A stretch of 64,000 bases of DNA. Source: Piromyces finnis finn (taxonomy: Eukaryota; Fungi; Neocallimastigomycota). The stretch lies in contig MCFH01000049.1 in the NCBI GenBank assembly GCA_002104945.1, positions 62,001 to 126,000 on the forward strand, given 5' to 3'. Position numbers and translations under genes: made by a program. The notes under the pieces are model-generated. The model did not search any database. It saw only the letters and a program-made list of their open reading frames with translations, and had not been told where the DNA came from. Positions 1 through 17,873 of the stretch are shown one piece after another (within the stretch, counting starts at the first letter, position 1; every line of letters begins with the position of its first letter).

Positions 1-2723
1 ATTAGATATTTGAACATTTTTTAGATTACTAGGCATTGTACTATTTCTATTTCCATTTTCGTAGATTTTTTTTTTGGTTTTTAAATATATTAATACTATT
101 ACTATAATAAGTATTATAATGCATATTGCTATTATAATAATAGTTACAAGTGATGAATCATTATCTCCAGTATTTAATAATGGGTTATTTGATACATTTC
201 TTAATATTTAAATTTAAAGTTATAAATAAAAATTATTATTATTTAATATGCTTATATATATTTTTCCTAAAATATATTTATATTTATATTAATAATAAAG
301 ATTAATTACAATTTTATATCCATCTTCTTTATTTTTTTTGGAATTGAACCACTTAAATTATTGTCTGCTAAATTTCTATTATTTATACCAAAAAAAAATT
401 ATAATAAATATTAAATATTATAGGTTATATTTAATTATACTATAAATATATCTTTATTACAAAGATTTTAAATTAGTTAGATCTCCAAGTTCAGGTGGAA
501 TAGACCCTGTTAATTTATTTTCAGATAATAGTCTATTTTATATAAAAGTAAAATATTAACTATGAAATGGTTGTTACTAGTCTATTATTATTAATATAAA
601 ATAAATTACAATTTTTCCAATTTAGACAATTTTCCTAGCTCAGAAGGAATAGAATCTACTAAATAATTACTAGATAAATCCCTAATAAATCAAATTAAGT
701 TTAATTACAAAACATATAAATATTTTAAATTAATTAAAACAAAAAATATTGATAATTAATAATTACAAGGTTTTTAAATTAGCCAAATTTCCAAGTTCAA
801 TAGGTATGGATCCTATTAAATCATTTGAATCAAGTTCTCTATTTAAAATAAAAATATAATTTGTGTGAAATAATATCAGAATAAAAAAATTTTATATATA
901 ATTATATTATCAAATATCATTTAGAATGTTTATATATAAATAATAATATTTTAATTTATTATTTTTTTTTATATTTACAAATTCTTTAATTTCGATAATT
1001 TTCCTAGTTCTGGAGGTATATGACCGGATAAAGTATTATTAGAAAAATCCCTATTTTATATTTCGTTTTAAAATAATATATTAATTAATAAGTAAAAGAT
1101 AATAATAAATAATAATTATTATTATTTTAATATTAAAACGATTATAATTACATTCTTTCTAATTTCGATAAATTTCCAAGTTCAGGTGGTATTTCACCAC
1201 TTAATTCATTTTGATCAACAACACTTTTACAAATAAAAATAATAAATTTAATAAAAATAATAAACTATTATAAAACAGTTTTTAATTAATTACATTGTTT
1301 TTAAATTTGATAATTTTCCAAATGAAGAAGGAATTGGTCCTGCTATAGAACATCTTGAAAAATACCTATTATAAATAGAATTATAGATAAATTAATAATA
1401 ATAGATTATAATAATACCTTAATACTTTTTTTTTCATTTTTCTTTAATAAATATTTAATAAACATTTACATTTCTTGTAAATTTGATAAATTTCCAAGTT
1501 CAGATGGTATAGTACCATTAATATATTTTCCATGTAAATATCTATTACAGATTAAAATAAAGTATTATTCTTTTTATGAATATTCTACATAATAATATAA
1601 TATAATATAATATTAATAAACAATTTTAATAAATACATATAAAACAATTTTGGTAAATTTCCTAGTTCAGGTGGTATTGTACTAGTTAATTTATCTGCAT
1701 ATATATATCTGTTTAATAATTAGAAATAATAGTAATGTAAGTAAAAAAAACATATTTGAACAATAATAAGAATTATTAATAATTACAAGTATTCTAAATT
1801 TGTTAAATTCCCTAACTCAGGTGGTATGGAACCTCTTATATTATCTCCACATATACTCCTATTTCCAAGTTGTAAATATAAATATTATAAATATTATAAT
1901 AATTTTTTGCCACAAATATCATAATTGTTACATAATTACAAATATGTTAAATTAGTTAAACTTCCAAGTTCAGGTGGTATATAGCTGTTTAAAATTAAAT
2001 TATTAATTAATAAATTAAAATAGGATATAATATTAATGTATAATATATAATAAAATAAATGGTTATTACTTATATTTATCATAAACCACTTCATTAGTTT
2101 CATTGGAATATGCATAATTAATATTTATATTTCTTTTATTTAAAAAAAATAAAAAAAGGTTAAGAATATTAATATTATAAAATATTTATAAAATAATTTA
2201 TTATTAATTATAGTATATTCTATTTTAGATAATTCCAAATTATATTTTATGTTAAGATAAATTGTAATAACATAAAACATTTATTTTATATAATTATCTA
2301 ATTAATATAATAAAATATGTTATTTTAGGAGAAATATTAAATATTATTGAAATTGTTTAAATCTGTTAAGGATTCTGTGGCTTTAACAGATTTATCTTTC
2401 AAAGCATATTTAAAAAACTTATTATAAATTATTTTTCATTATTAATTTTTATAAAGTTAGCAGATAATTTTTCAGCTTGAAATTGAAATTGGATATTTAT
2501 CTAATTTAGAATATCTATATCTTGAAATATATATAAATCATTACATTGTAGTAATATGGTCATTTTTGCATACAATATCTCCATATGTGCAACAATCAAA
2601 TGATGGATCTTTATTTAATAATTTATTTACTACTATACATTCTTTATTAATATCTGTTTGTGCATAAATAAATTTTACTATATAAATGAAATTAATCAAT
2701 AAAAATGATATATTCATTGTCAA
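1..2723 (-). CDS. LRR receptor-like protein 1 (signal peptide, Cys cap, ~11 plant-type LRRs, TM, short tail); multi-exon, 3' end runs off the window
   Basis: Exon 1 (2545-2723) encodes signal peptide plus CxxxNxLL...DCC...C and ends at a GTAA donor. It is followed by ~72-nt GT-AG exons such as LLSENKLTGSIPPELGDLTNLKSL (~455-530). The last exon encodes IIIAICIIILIIVIVLIYLKTKKK. Confidence 0.88.
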
Positions 2724-3274
2724 TTATAATAATAATATTTATTATTTTTTATTATATAAGTTAAAAAAAAGAAAAAAGAAAACAAAGATAAAAAAGATAA
2801 AAAAGAAAAGCTTAAAAAATTTTGTATTTATTATTTTATTAAAAAAGAAAAAAATTTATTTTTACGAACTTTTTTATAATAAATCTTAAAAAAGTAAAAT
2901 TTAAAATTAAAAAAATTGAAAATAAACTATAAATACTAATTAAAGAAATAATTATTATTTATAACAAAGTTTATTACTTTTAGATAGTTGAATATAGATC
3001 ATTTATTAAAAGATAAGCTATTAAAAAATGAATTAAAAAATGACAAATATAAGAAATTAGTATTTATTATTATTATCAAATGTTTATTCTGATTTCTCAT
3101 AATATCTAATTTTAAATTGTTTTTGAGTTCTATTTTTTAAAAATTAAAAAAAAAATATTTAGAGTTTTTTTATTATTACATTTCAACTATATAATAATGC
3201 CCTATACAAATATACATTCTTTATAATAAAATTTTTATTTAATTATTATAATATGAATTATTATTCCTATATTT

Positions 3275-3656
3275 TCATATTAATCTATTTACTGTTATAA
3301 TATTAATCCATATCTTTTTTTTTTTAAATAATATTATATATAAATAAAGCAAATATATATATTATATTTATAGAATCATTACATTTTAGTGATTCGACCA
3401 TCTTTTGTACATGTAACTCCACCTTTTGTACAACAATCAAAGGACGGTTCCTTATTTAATAATTGATTTATTGGAATGCATTTTTCATTAACATCATTTT
3501 GTGCAGAAGTAAATTTTAGTATTATTAAAGTGAAATTAATGAGTAAAATAAATATATTCATTATTTATTTATTATTAATTATTTAAAAAGAGATAAAATG
3601 AAAGAAAATAAATTTAAATAAATATATATGTATGTATGTGTATGTGTGTTAAAAAA

Positions 3657-3687
<31 letters not shown>

Positions 3688-3985
3688 TTTTTGAAAATTC
3701 AATTGTTCATAAACTCTTTTTTATAGTATGAAAAAGATTCTAAAAAGTTTATTAATTTAAATAATTAAAAATATATAAATATAAATGTTATAAAAAATTA
3801 TTTTATTTATTATTATTTTAGATTCTTTTTTTTTTTTTTTAAAAAAGTTATTTACTGGATTCAATAATAAAAACATAATAATAATAATAATAATAATAAT
3901 TAGAGTAATAGTATAATAATGTAAATAAGCTATTATATCATTCTTAAGGAAAATACAATGGATAAAGTAATAAAATCTAATTTTT
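3275..3985. repeat. Near-identical duplication of ~8331-9050 (exon 1 plus upstream region of LRR gene 2)
   Basis: Direct comparison shows differences mainly in homopolymer and microsatellite lengths. Weaker homology continues (4365-4560 vs 9053-9125 and 10440-10590). Confidence 0.92.
3383..3561 (-). pseudogene. Orphan copy of LRR-RLP exon 1 (signal peptide plus Cys cap)
   Basis: Translation is identical to 8432-8614. No LRR exons lie between it and exon 1 of gene 1. Confidence 0.8.
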
Positions 3986-5408
3986 AAAAACTTCAATTAT
4001 TTTTCTGAATTATAAACAATATACACCTTAATAATAAAAAAGAATAATATATTCAAATAATTTTTATAATTTTCATATATTATATATTATTATTAATGAA
4101 TTGAACAAACTTTTTTATATTTAAGAACAATTCATCCACAATCCATAATATTTTTTATATTATAAATAATTAATCCATAATCCAGTGTTCTTTTATTTTA
4201 TCATTTTTGCTAATTCTTTTTCTATTCAAAATATATATGATTTACCAAAATGATAACTTTATTTTTTATATAATTATCCAAAAATATAGATAATTAAATT
4301 CTATTATAAAATTTACATATTTTGATTTATTAAAGAAATATAAATCTAAGCATATTATAAATATTTTATATTTATTAAGATTAATTTAAAAAGAAAAGAA
4401 AATAAGAAATTCTTGTTCTTGTCCTTCGTTACATTTAAATGTATTTTAAATATCCAAAATTTTTAGCTCCACAGAAAAAGTTTAAAAAGAATAAAAGTAT
4501 ATAATTTTCAAAAAACTATATTAGTTTAATTACATTTTTTTATAATTAAATAAAATATCATTCATTCATGTAATAAATAATATTTTATTGTGAACATTTA
4601 TGGACACATAATTTTATTTATTTATATCATATATTTATGATACACGTAACTATCTTATAAAAACATAAACATGTATTAAAAATGTTGTAAACGTAATGTC
4701 TATGTGTTGTATGTTGTAGAGAAAGTTACCTTTTATTTATTTTATTTTATATGGTCACATGACCTTAGCAATGTAACATTTTTTTTTTTAGACTTATTAA
4801 TTTGATTTCACAATTATTTATAGCATTAATAGTATTAGTTGTTAGAAAACCTTGGTTAGATTTTATAGTTGTCGATTTTATTAATTATGGTAATTACATC
4901 TACAATAATCATAATTAATAGAAATTTGAATGAATTTATACTATAAAGTGTTGCTAATTAAATTTTCCAATATATTCTAACAATAATTAAATATAATAAT
5001 TTAAATATTATTAGTAAAAAAAAATAATAACTAAATGTATGATCCATATCATCCTATTATTATTATTACTATTTGATAATTAGTTCTTAAAAACACAATA
5101 ATAATGGATAAATCATATTTAATAATATTTTTTTTTTAATATTAAAATGTCTTTTTATTTTTAATTATGGTATATGACAACAAAAAAAACTATTTAATAT
5201 TTAGTATATAGAGAAAGACAATATTGAATTATTAATAAAAGTAATATTCTTTAAATTTATAATTAATAACAAAAATAAAATTAAATTTAAGGTACACTTT
5301 ATGGTAATATCTTTTTCAGATGATTTTAATAATTTAAATTACAATAAATTTTGAAATATTTATTAATTATTTATATATAAAGTTTTAATATATAATAATT
5401 GAGGAAGT

Positions 5409-8614
<3,206 letters not shown>

Positions 8615-8703
8615 TATTTATTTATTATTAATTATTTAAAAAGAGATAAAATGAAAGAAAATAAATTTAAATAAATATATATGTATGTATGTGTATGTGT
8701 GTT

Positions 8704-8752
<49 letters not shown>

Positions 8753-8935
8753 GAAAATTCAATTGTTCATAAACTCTTTTTTATAGTATGAAAAAGATTC
8801 TAAAAAGTTTATTAATTTAAATAATTAAAAATATATAAATATAAATGTTATAAAAAATTATTTTATTTATTATTATTTTAGATTCTTTTTTTTTTTTTTT
8901 TAAAAAAGTTATTTACTGGATTCAATAATAAAAAC

Positions 8936-8970
<35 letters not shown>

Positions 8971-9125
8971 TAGAGTAATAGTATAATAATGTAAATAAGC
9001 TATTATATCATTCTTAAGGAAAATACAATGGATAAAGTAATAAAATCTAATTTTATATTTATTAAGATTAATTTAAAAAGAAAAGAAAATAAGAAATCCT
9101 TGTTCTTGTCCTTCGTTACATTTAA

Positions 9126-10429
9126 TTTTTTTTTCTTTTTTTAGACTAGGAAGATAATACACTTCTTCTTGTATTTATATATTTAATTTGAAATATTGAT
9201 ATAATAAATAATAAATAAAAATAATAATAATATATATATATATAATGATAAAATATAAAATAAAATAAAATAAAATAAAATAATTATTAAAATTGCATAA
9301 AAGTTGAATGAACTCTGTAATTCGTACTGTGTGGGATTGGTTCCTACCTAATAAATTAAATGAAATAAAAAAGAGAAGTAACATCAGGTATGATAGTGTG
9401 GTGTCCACTAAACTCTCCCATGAGCTCATAATGCTTTCATTCGAAGAAATACTAACATTGAACCCTGTGTACGGAACATTAGGAATGCTCCTTTGCCATA
9501 TCGGTACGACGTCGGCGCTCTTGATTACGTTAGGTGTCTTACTAAACATACCAGAAAATAGTTTCATTGAGCTACTAATGAGGTTTTAATAAGAAAAGCC
9601 GTGAAACCCTCTACATATGGAACATGAGACCCCGATGAACTGGGGAGTACTTTTAATATTTATTTTCATAAGTTTCTTATGTAGTGAGTAAGATTCTTTG
9701 GCCCATGAATAATGAGACATGGGAGGAATAGATCGAATGAGATCTTTAATAGTACAGTTTAACTTTCTCCATTTAACAAAGCATTTCACTTGTTGCGCAG
9801 CACAAATACCAGAAAATATTGGAATCCTCAAGCATACAGGCTAATAAATAAATTTCGTTCAAAAACAAAATCCTTGTTATTCAGACTTTTATTGTGAAAG
9901 CTATCGACACTCCAAAGAACAGCAGTATTGATAAGAGATTGGACTCTGCGAGTTCTATTTTTGTTGGAACCAAGTAATGGAGCATAATAAGAGACTTTAC
10001 TTGAAATATAGGAATGAATAACTATATTATTTTTTAAACCAATAAGAACACAATTGTTGGTAAGAAAGCTCTTGAAAGAGAATAAAGATTTTTGAACTTT
10101 TTTGTACATGTTAGATAGAATAGGAGTCAGAGAAAGAGAAAGATTTTCGTCGAATGGGATTCCAAGATAGGTATAGCAAGAAACCTTTGGAATCGAGTAC
10201 ATACCGATGTAAAATGTTGGGTCTACATAACTAGAGGATCTATTAAAGTTGATAGGTTTAACAACAATAGTTGCACACTTATTTATTCCAAAAGACATTT
10301 CATTTCATTTAAATTAGCCCAATCGAGTACTAGATTAAGCATCTTCTGAAGGTTCTTGTTAAGAGTAATCAGAACAATGTCATCAGCAAAAAGGCCTCCG
10401 CAGCAACGTTTATTTCCTAAACTAACACT
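9126..10429 (-). mobile_element. 5'-truncated, frameshifted non-LTR retrotransposon (LINE) with poly(A) tail and TSD
   Basis: GGLFADDIVLIT motif near 10370-10400 and a CYTYLGIPF ORF. T-run at 9126-9142. Flanks are GTTACATTTAA (9115-9125) and GTTACGTTTAA (10430-10440). The paralogous empty site is at ~4427-4445. Confidence 0.9.
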
Positions 10430-10846
10430 GTTACGTTTAAATGTATTTTAAATTCCAAAATTTTTAGCTTAAAAAAAATAAAAGTTTTACTAAAACTATA
10501 GTGTTAATTAATTAATATATTAGTGTTTAGTATATTTCTAAAAGTTTAATTATGTTATTTTTATAATTAAATAAAATATCATTCATCATTAATATAAAAT
10601 TTAAATATAGCATTAATAATATTAGTTGTTGTATTATTATGATTATTATCATTTTATATCCATTCTTTATAAATATACATATAAATAAATATAAAATAAT
10701 TAAATATTTAAAATTAAAATAGTAAATTCAAAATTTTAATCTAATAAAATATATAAAGTATGTTGGTCATTTTTTTATAATTAACTTTATTTGTTTATAC
10801 TTATTTATATTACATTAAAAATTAATTATTTATAATATATAAATTA

Positions 10847-13800
10847 TTAAAAGGTTTGTTTTAATGAATTATTAGATATTTGTTGTTTACTTCCTGAGCT
10901 ATTATATAATTGTTTACTTCCTGAGCTATTATATACTTGTTTATTTCCTGAACTTTTAGGTAATAATAAAAGTTTACTTTTACTACCACCACTTTCATAA
11001 ATCTTCTTTTTCGTTTTTAAGTATATTAAACCTAATATTGTAATAAGTACTAAAACACATACAACTGCAATACCAATATATGATAGTGATGAACTACTAT
11101 TTTCAGTATTTATTAACGGATTATTTGATACATTTCTTGATATTTAAATTTAAAATTATAAATAAATAAAGTTATTAACTAATATTCTAATATTAGTAAA
11201 AATATATATTTATATTAAAAGTAAATATTAATTACAATTTTATATCCATTTCTTTTATTTTTTTTGGAATTGAACCACTTAAATTATTATTTGCTAAATT
11301 TCTATCATTTATACAAAAGAAAAAAATGATAATTAGTATTTAATATTATATTTATTCTAATTCGTACTATAATAATAATAAAAAATAGTTTAATTACAAT
11401 GTTTTTAAATTTGATAATTTCCCAAGTTCAGGTGGAATAGACCCTGTTAGTTTATTTTCAGATAATATTCTATTTTATATAAAAATAAAATATTAACTAT
11501 AAAATGGTTATTACTTCTTTATTATTAATAATATAGCAATTACAATTTTTCTAATTTAGACAATTTTCCTAATTCAGGAGGAATAGAATCTACTAAATAG
11601 TTACTAGACAAATCCCTAATAAATCAAATTAAATTTAATTTAATTAAAAAAACATAAATATTTTAATTAAAATAAAAACATCTATAATTAATAATTACAA
11701 TGTCTTTAGACTAGCCAAGTTTCCAAGTTCAGGAGGTATAGATCCTATTAAATCATTTGAATCAAGATCTCTATTTTAAATAAAAATGAAATTTGTATGA
11801 AATAATAATAAGTTTATGTGTTAAACATTATATATTAATACTAAAATATATCATTTATAATGTTCATATAAAAATAATAATATTTTAATTTTTTCTTTTT
11901 TTTTTTTTAATATTTACAAATTTTTTAATTTAGATAGTCTTCTAAATTCTAGAGGAATAGAACCAGATAAAGTATTGTTAGTAAGATCACTTTTTCATAT
12001 AAAAAAATATTTATAAAAAATGAACAGTAATTAATGAATATTGAGTTAATAGATATAAACTACTATTTAATAATTTATATCTGCTGTAATTACATTCTTT
12101 CCAATTTTGTTAAATTTCCAAGTTCAGGTGGTATCTCACCACTTAAAGAATTTTGATCTATAACCCTTTTTAAATGAAAAATAATAAATTATTACTACAT
12201 AAGTAACTATCATTAATAGTGTTAATTATATTAGTTTAAATTAATTACATTGTTTTTAAATTTGATAAGTTTCCAAATGAGGAAGGAATTGGACCTGTTA
12301 TACTATTTCTTGTAATAAACCTTTTTTATTAAATAGAAATATATTAATGGTTAAAAATAATACATTTTATCCTTTTATATATAATATTATAAAAATTACA
12401 TTTCTTGTAAACTTGATAAATTTCCAAGTTCTGGTGGTAAATTACCACTTATATTTTTTCCATGTATATACCTATTACATATTAAAAATATGAATTGAAA
12501 TTTGATTAAGTACAACAAACACAAATATTATATTTATTATAATAATATAAATAATTTCAAGCCATTACATATAGGATAATTTTGATAACTTTCCAAGTTC
12601 AGGTGGTATAGTAGTAACTAATTTATCTCCATATATATATCTATTGAAAAGTAAAAAGAATATATAAATATACAAAATATTATAAATATAAAATTATATT
12701 ATTATTAATTACATAAATAATATATAAAATATAAAAAATATAATATTTATAATATAAAATTACAAATATTCTAAATTTGTCAAGTTTCCAAGTTCAGGTG
12801 GAATAATGCCATTTATATCATCACTTCTTATACTCCTATTATCACATAAAAATATAAATATTATTTTTATTTATTTAAAAAATATTACTTTTAATATGTA
12901 TTTTAAATTTTACAAGTATGTTAAATCTGTATAATTTCCAAATCCAGGGGGTATATAGCTATTTAAATGGTATCATAGTTAAAATATTTAGTAAAAAAAA
13001 TATACAAAAAATGTTTTAATATACATTATTTTATGATATAACTAATTGTATAAATAATATAATAATAATGTAATTAATACTTACTGATTTTTATCCTTAA
13101 TTATATTTCCAGCTTCATCAGTATTTGAAAAATTGACATTGATATCGCTTTTTTTTTTAATAAATAAATATAATAAATAAAAAAGAAAGATAAATTAATT
13201 TTCTTTATATTAATATAATAGGAGTAGAATATTTAAAAGTCTAATTCTAAATAGGATAATTTTCCAATTCCATATGAAATAATCCAAATTTAATAAAAAA
13301 AAAGATATATAAGTTATAAATGAAGTGAATATAGTATTTTATTGTGGAAAACATAGTGTTAATTGGATTAATATATTTTAAATTTTTTAGAATAAAGATT
13401 TTAAAAAACTCAATTTTAAAAAACTGAATATTTTTAAATTGATAATTCATTATATTGTCTTTTTTTTTAAAAAAAAAAGTATAATAAATAAATTTTCCTT
13501 TAAAATTGAAATCGACAATTTATTTAACTTTGAATGTTTTAATGTATTTACTTTCATTATAATCGATAATCTATCCCTTTATTGTAAAAAAATTATTAAT
13601 AAACAAAATATATTATATATCTCTAATTATTACATTTTTGTGACACGACCATCGTTTGAACATGTAATTCCACTCTCTTTACAACAATCAAAGGATGGTT
13701 CTCTTTCTAATAATTGATTTATCGGGATGCATTTTTCATTAGCTTGTTCAGCATTAATTTGTTCAGTATTAATTTGTTCAGTATTAATTTGTTCAGTATT

Positions 13801-13941
13801 AATTTGTTCAATATTAGTTTGTCCAGCATTAACTTGTTCAGCATTAATTTGTTCAGTATTACTTTGTGCAGCATTAATTTGTGCATAAGTAAGCTTTAGT
13901 ATTAGTAAAGTGAAATTAAGGAGAAAAATAAGTATTTTCAT
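10847..13941 (-). CDS. LRR receptor-like protein 3 (14 exons; N-terminal NTEQI repeats; tail with YNSSGSKQ repeats)
   Basis: Exon 1 at 13634-13941, same exon layout as genes 1 and 2, stop at 10847-10849 after ...SNNSLKQTF. Confidence 0.88.
13735..13885 (-). repeat. 15-bp coding tandem repeat (N-T/A-E-Q-I pentapeptide, ~9-10 units)
   Basis: Repeated (a)ttaatttgttcagt(a) units translate as QINAAQSNTEQINAEQVNAGQTNIEQINTEQINTEQINTEQINAEQAN. Confidence 0.93.
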
Positions 13942-15329
13942 TATTTGATACTATTTAACATTAAAAAAATTAAAATAGAAATAAAAAAGGTTTAAAAATA
14001 AGAAAAATCTCTCGAAAATTCAGATTAGTTTTTTGTAAGCAATTTTTATAGTAGTTATAAAAATTTAAAAAAGTTTATTAATTTAATTGATCAAAAATAT
14101 AGTATTTTATATTTAATTAAGATTTCTTTCTAAATGATTATTTGTTGAATTAAATAAAAATATATAATATTTTATTCGTATATTTAAATATTATTTTTAT
14201 TTAAGGAAGAAATAATGTTTAATTAAAGTAATTTAAAGATAATTATTAAGGGTAATTAATCTATAAAATTATTATTTTATAGTATTAATTTTTTTTAGGT
14301 ATTGAAAATTTCTAATATCTAATTATTATCAATTTTAATAGATATAATTAATTATATATTTTTTTTATATTTGCATAATATATCCAAATCAAATATTTAT
14401 ATTATAATATATAAAATGGTTATATTACTTTATTTTTTTTAAACTTTCGGTAATTAATACCTTATCATTACTTTTTTATTTTATTTTTTAATAATAATTA
14501 AATATTAATTAGACTTTATTTTTTATCCATAATAATAGGTTGGTTACTTTTTTATAATTAACTTTATTTGATTATAAATACATACATACTATATAAATTA
14601 TCCATTAATTATCATAATTAAAAACATTTTATTGATAATTTAGGCTAATTTTTGAAATAATAAATATTTCCCTATTTTATAATAGACTTTAATCGCCATA
14701 AGAATTTTAATTATAATAAAACGGAATTAATGAAATAATTATTATTATTTATTATTACTTTAAAAAAAATAGTACTTATAAAATACATATTTTATATAAT
14801 AATGACAGCAAAATATAAGTATGCATTAATAAAAATAAAATATAAAGTATAAAAAAAATAATTATAAAAAAGTTTAAATTTGATATTTTAAATATTTACA
14901 AACTAGATTATACAATATTATATATTAATATGATTATACAATTTGATAAAAAGTATCCTAACTGTTAAATCTCTTTTTGACCTAAGCATTTTCTTTTTTT
15001 TTTTTTTTTGTATATGAAAATATGATTTATAATATATTATATTTTTTTTAATTCTTTTATAATGTAATGATAAGAATTAGTTACTTTTCCAATTTTATTT
15101 TCTATTACTTTATATTAAAGTCTAATTATAAGTTCGTTTAATTCTATTATTGTAGATATTTATGTCTGGTCTGCACCATTATTAATTAAATATTTTACCA
15201 TGTCATTGTCTCCTCTATGACATACAATATGTTATAGAGTATTATCTTTATTATATTTATCGACTCACTATCTTTATCAACTAGAGCTTTTTAAGATATT
15301 TTAAACTATCATTTTTATAAAAATATTGT

Positions 15330-15680
15330 AAGAAAAATGAAAATGTTAATCTTGTTAAATATTTAATTGAGGATATAGGATTAAATATCAGTGTTAAGGA
15401 CAACTATGGAAAAACATCTTTACATTATGTATGTATTTAAGAAAATGAAAACATAGTTAACTATTTGATTGAAAATAAAAAAAATAGATATCAATATTCA
15501 AGATAAGTATGGAAAAGCATCATTACATTACACTATGCATGTTACAAAGAAAATAGAAATATAATTAAATATTTAATTGGGAAAGGTGCTAATAAAAATT
15601 TAATAGATGATAATAGATTTACACCATTATTTTATATTCAAAAGAAAATAAAAGAGTGTATTTAATATTTAATTAGAAAA
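15330..15680 (+). pseudogene. Ankyrin-repeat pseudogene fragment (~3 repeats)
   Basis: LVKYLIEDIGLNISVKDNYGKTSLHYVCI*ENENIVNYLIE...DINIQDKYGKASLHY...IKYLIGKGANKNLIDDNRFTPLFY, with a stop and frameshifts. Confidence 0.8.
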
Positions 15681-17873
15681 TTAATAATTATAAAACAAAA
15701 AAGTCAGATAATGAGATGCATTAATAATAGAATATTGTAATACTTTTTTTAAATTTAATGTATAGTGATTTAAAAAATATATATATAATTATAGACATAA
15801 ATAGTTATTTCAATAAATATACAAATAAGAAAATTAAATACACTCTGACCCTTTTATTCTATTAAATAAATTATTGTAATTACATTTTTATTTATGGTGT
15901 ACATTGTATTGTTCTAGTTTATTAAATTTATTAAAATTTTAAAAATAAGTTTTTCTTTTCTATTAAAAAAAAAAAAAATTGTATTCTTCATTTAAAGGAT
16001 ATTTTTATATAAAAAAATGAATATTATGTTAAATATATAAAAAAAATATATATATTATTTGGAATATTAAAAAATTCTTTTTTTTCTGAAAAAGATGAAA
16101 TTAAAATTTTATAAATATAAATAATTTAAAATTTATACCAATATTCCATTAACAAAAATACAGAAATTTAAGTATTTTCATCTTTTAAAAAAGAAAAAAA
16201 AATATAAATACATTATATCACGGACGTATCAAAGAAAAAAGAAAATATTGTTAAATATTTAATATAATAAAACGATTTATTAATAATATACTAATATCTA
16301 AGTATTAAACATAAAAAGAAATTATTGATTTTTATAAATATATAATTTAAAGATAGTAATAATAAAGATTGATGTACATATTGTCTTTGTACAAATAATC
16401 AAAAAAAAATAGATGTTATTTTAAATATATATAAAAAATAAAAACAACAATTCAACTAATGGTAACACCACTTAATTATAGTATAATTATAAATTTAATG
16501 AAATCATTTCTTTTTTAAAAAAATAATAAAGAATTAAAATATAAATTAATATTTTTATATTATATTTAAATGAATTTATTAATTTTATATTATGCTTAAG
16601 ATTAAAAAAATAAAAAAAAAACATGTTTTATTACCATTAATTTATTATGTATTTAATATGATATATATTATAATTATAATACTTTTTTTTATGAATGTTA
16701 GAATACATGGTTTAAATATAAAGTTCAAACACATACACCATCTTTAAGAATTATATTAATTAAAATTTAATAACTCGGTGACACACATAATATAATATAA
16801 ATTATTTGTTTTGTTATTTAAATACCATATAGTTAATCATTTTTTTGTTATTTATAATAAAAACATATAGATATTAATTACAAATACTCATTGACATTAA
16901 TGATAAAAAAAAGGAAATGAATCATTTTTGAATTTTCAATTTAAAGAAATTATTATAAATTATACAGAAAATTAATTAAAAATATTAACTCTGATTTTAA
17001 CCAATAAAATAACATTGAATTGGCATGAGGAATTTAACTATTTATAAAAAAGTAGCCAATAAAATGGCATTTAAATAGCACGCAGCATTTATTTATTTAT
17101 TTATTTATTTTTTATTCATTCATTATAATTAATGTTTTTTAATATTTTATTATTATAAATAATAATACTAATACTAACACTAATACTACTAATACCATTA
17201 CTAATAATAGTAATGATTAGAATAATAATAATTTATCTTTTAATAACAATTTTTAATTATTCTATTGTATTTTATATTCTATTATCTTATATTTAAAATA
17301 TTCATTTATATTCCTATAGATAATGTATTTCTGATATTTTAAGGTTAATTCTTATGAAAATTATAATTATTATACCTTTATAATAATGCTGTCAAAAACA
17401 TGAATAGTTTCACAAAAAGTCATTAATTGATATTCACCAATAATAACATATATTCTGAACATCTGAATGAATAAATAAATATTGGCATTTAACAAGTATA
17501 ATTCCATAAATTAAAAAATCATAAACGTACATGCATTCCTCATTTTATATAAATTTTATTAATACTATTAACCAATTATAATATACTATTTTAACATTGA
17601 TTCTTCATTAAATATAATATACACAATAAATGAAATAAATTCTTTATATAAAAAATAAAATTATATAAATACTGAAAATAAGTATCAATTGTAATTCATA
17701 CCTTCATTCAATAAAATATTAATTCATAGATAATTCTATAATATTTTCTATTATTATATTATTAGCTTTATCATTCATAAAATTAAAACAAAAAAAAATA
17801 ATTTTTATTAATATCAAAAAAAAAAAAAAAAACTAGATTAATATTTTTTTTAATTTAAAAAAAAAAAATCAAT

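Noticed and set aside
2686-3996. Short hydrophobic or Lys-rich ORFs here and similar ones elsewhere (e.g. 27103-27300, 42907-43101, 59869-60222)
   Set aside because: Expected chance ORFs in very AT-rich DNA, with composition dominated by I, F, L, K, N and Y.
13714-13899. INLFS-repeat ORF
   Set aside because: Antisense of the NTEQI repeat.
16000-17873. Pho4-type CACGTG site upstream of the phosphate transporter
   Set aside because: No exact CACGTG or CACGTT was seen by eye.
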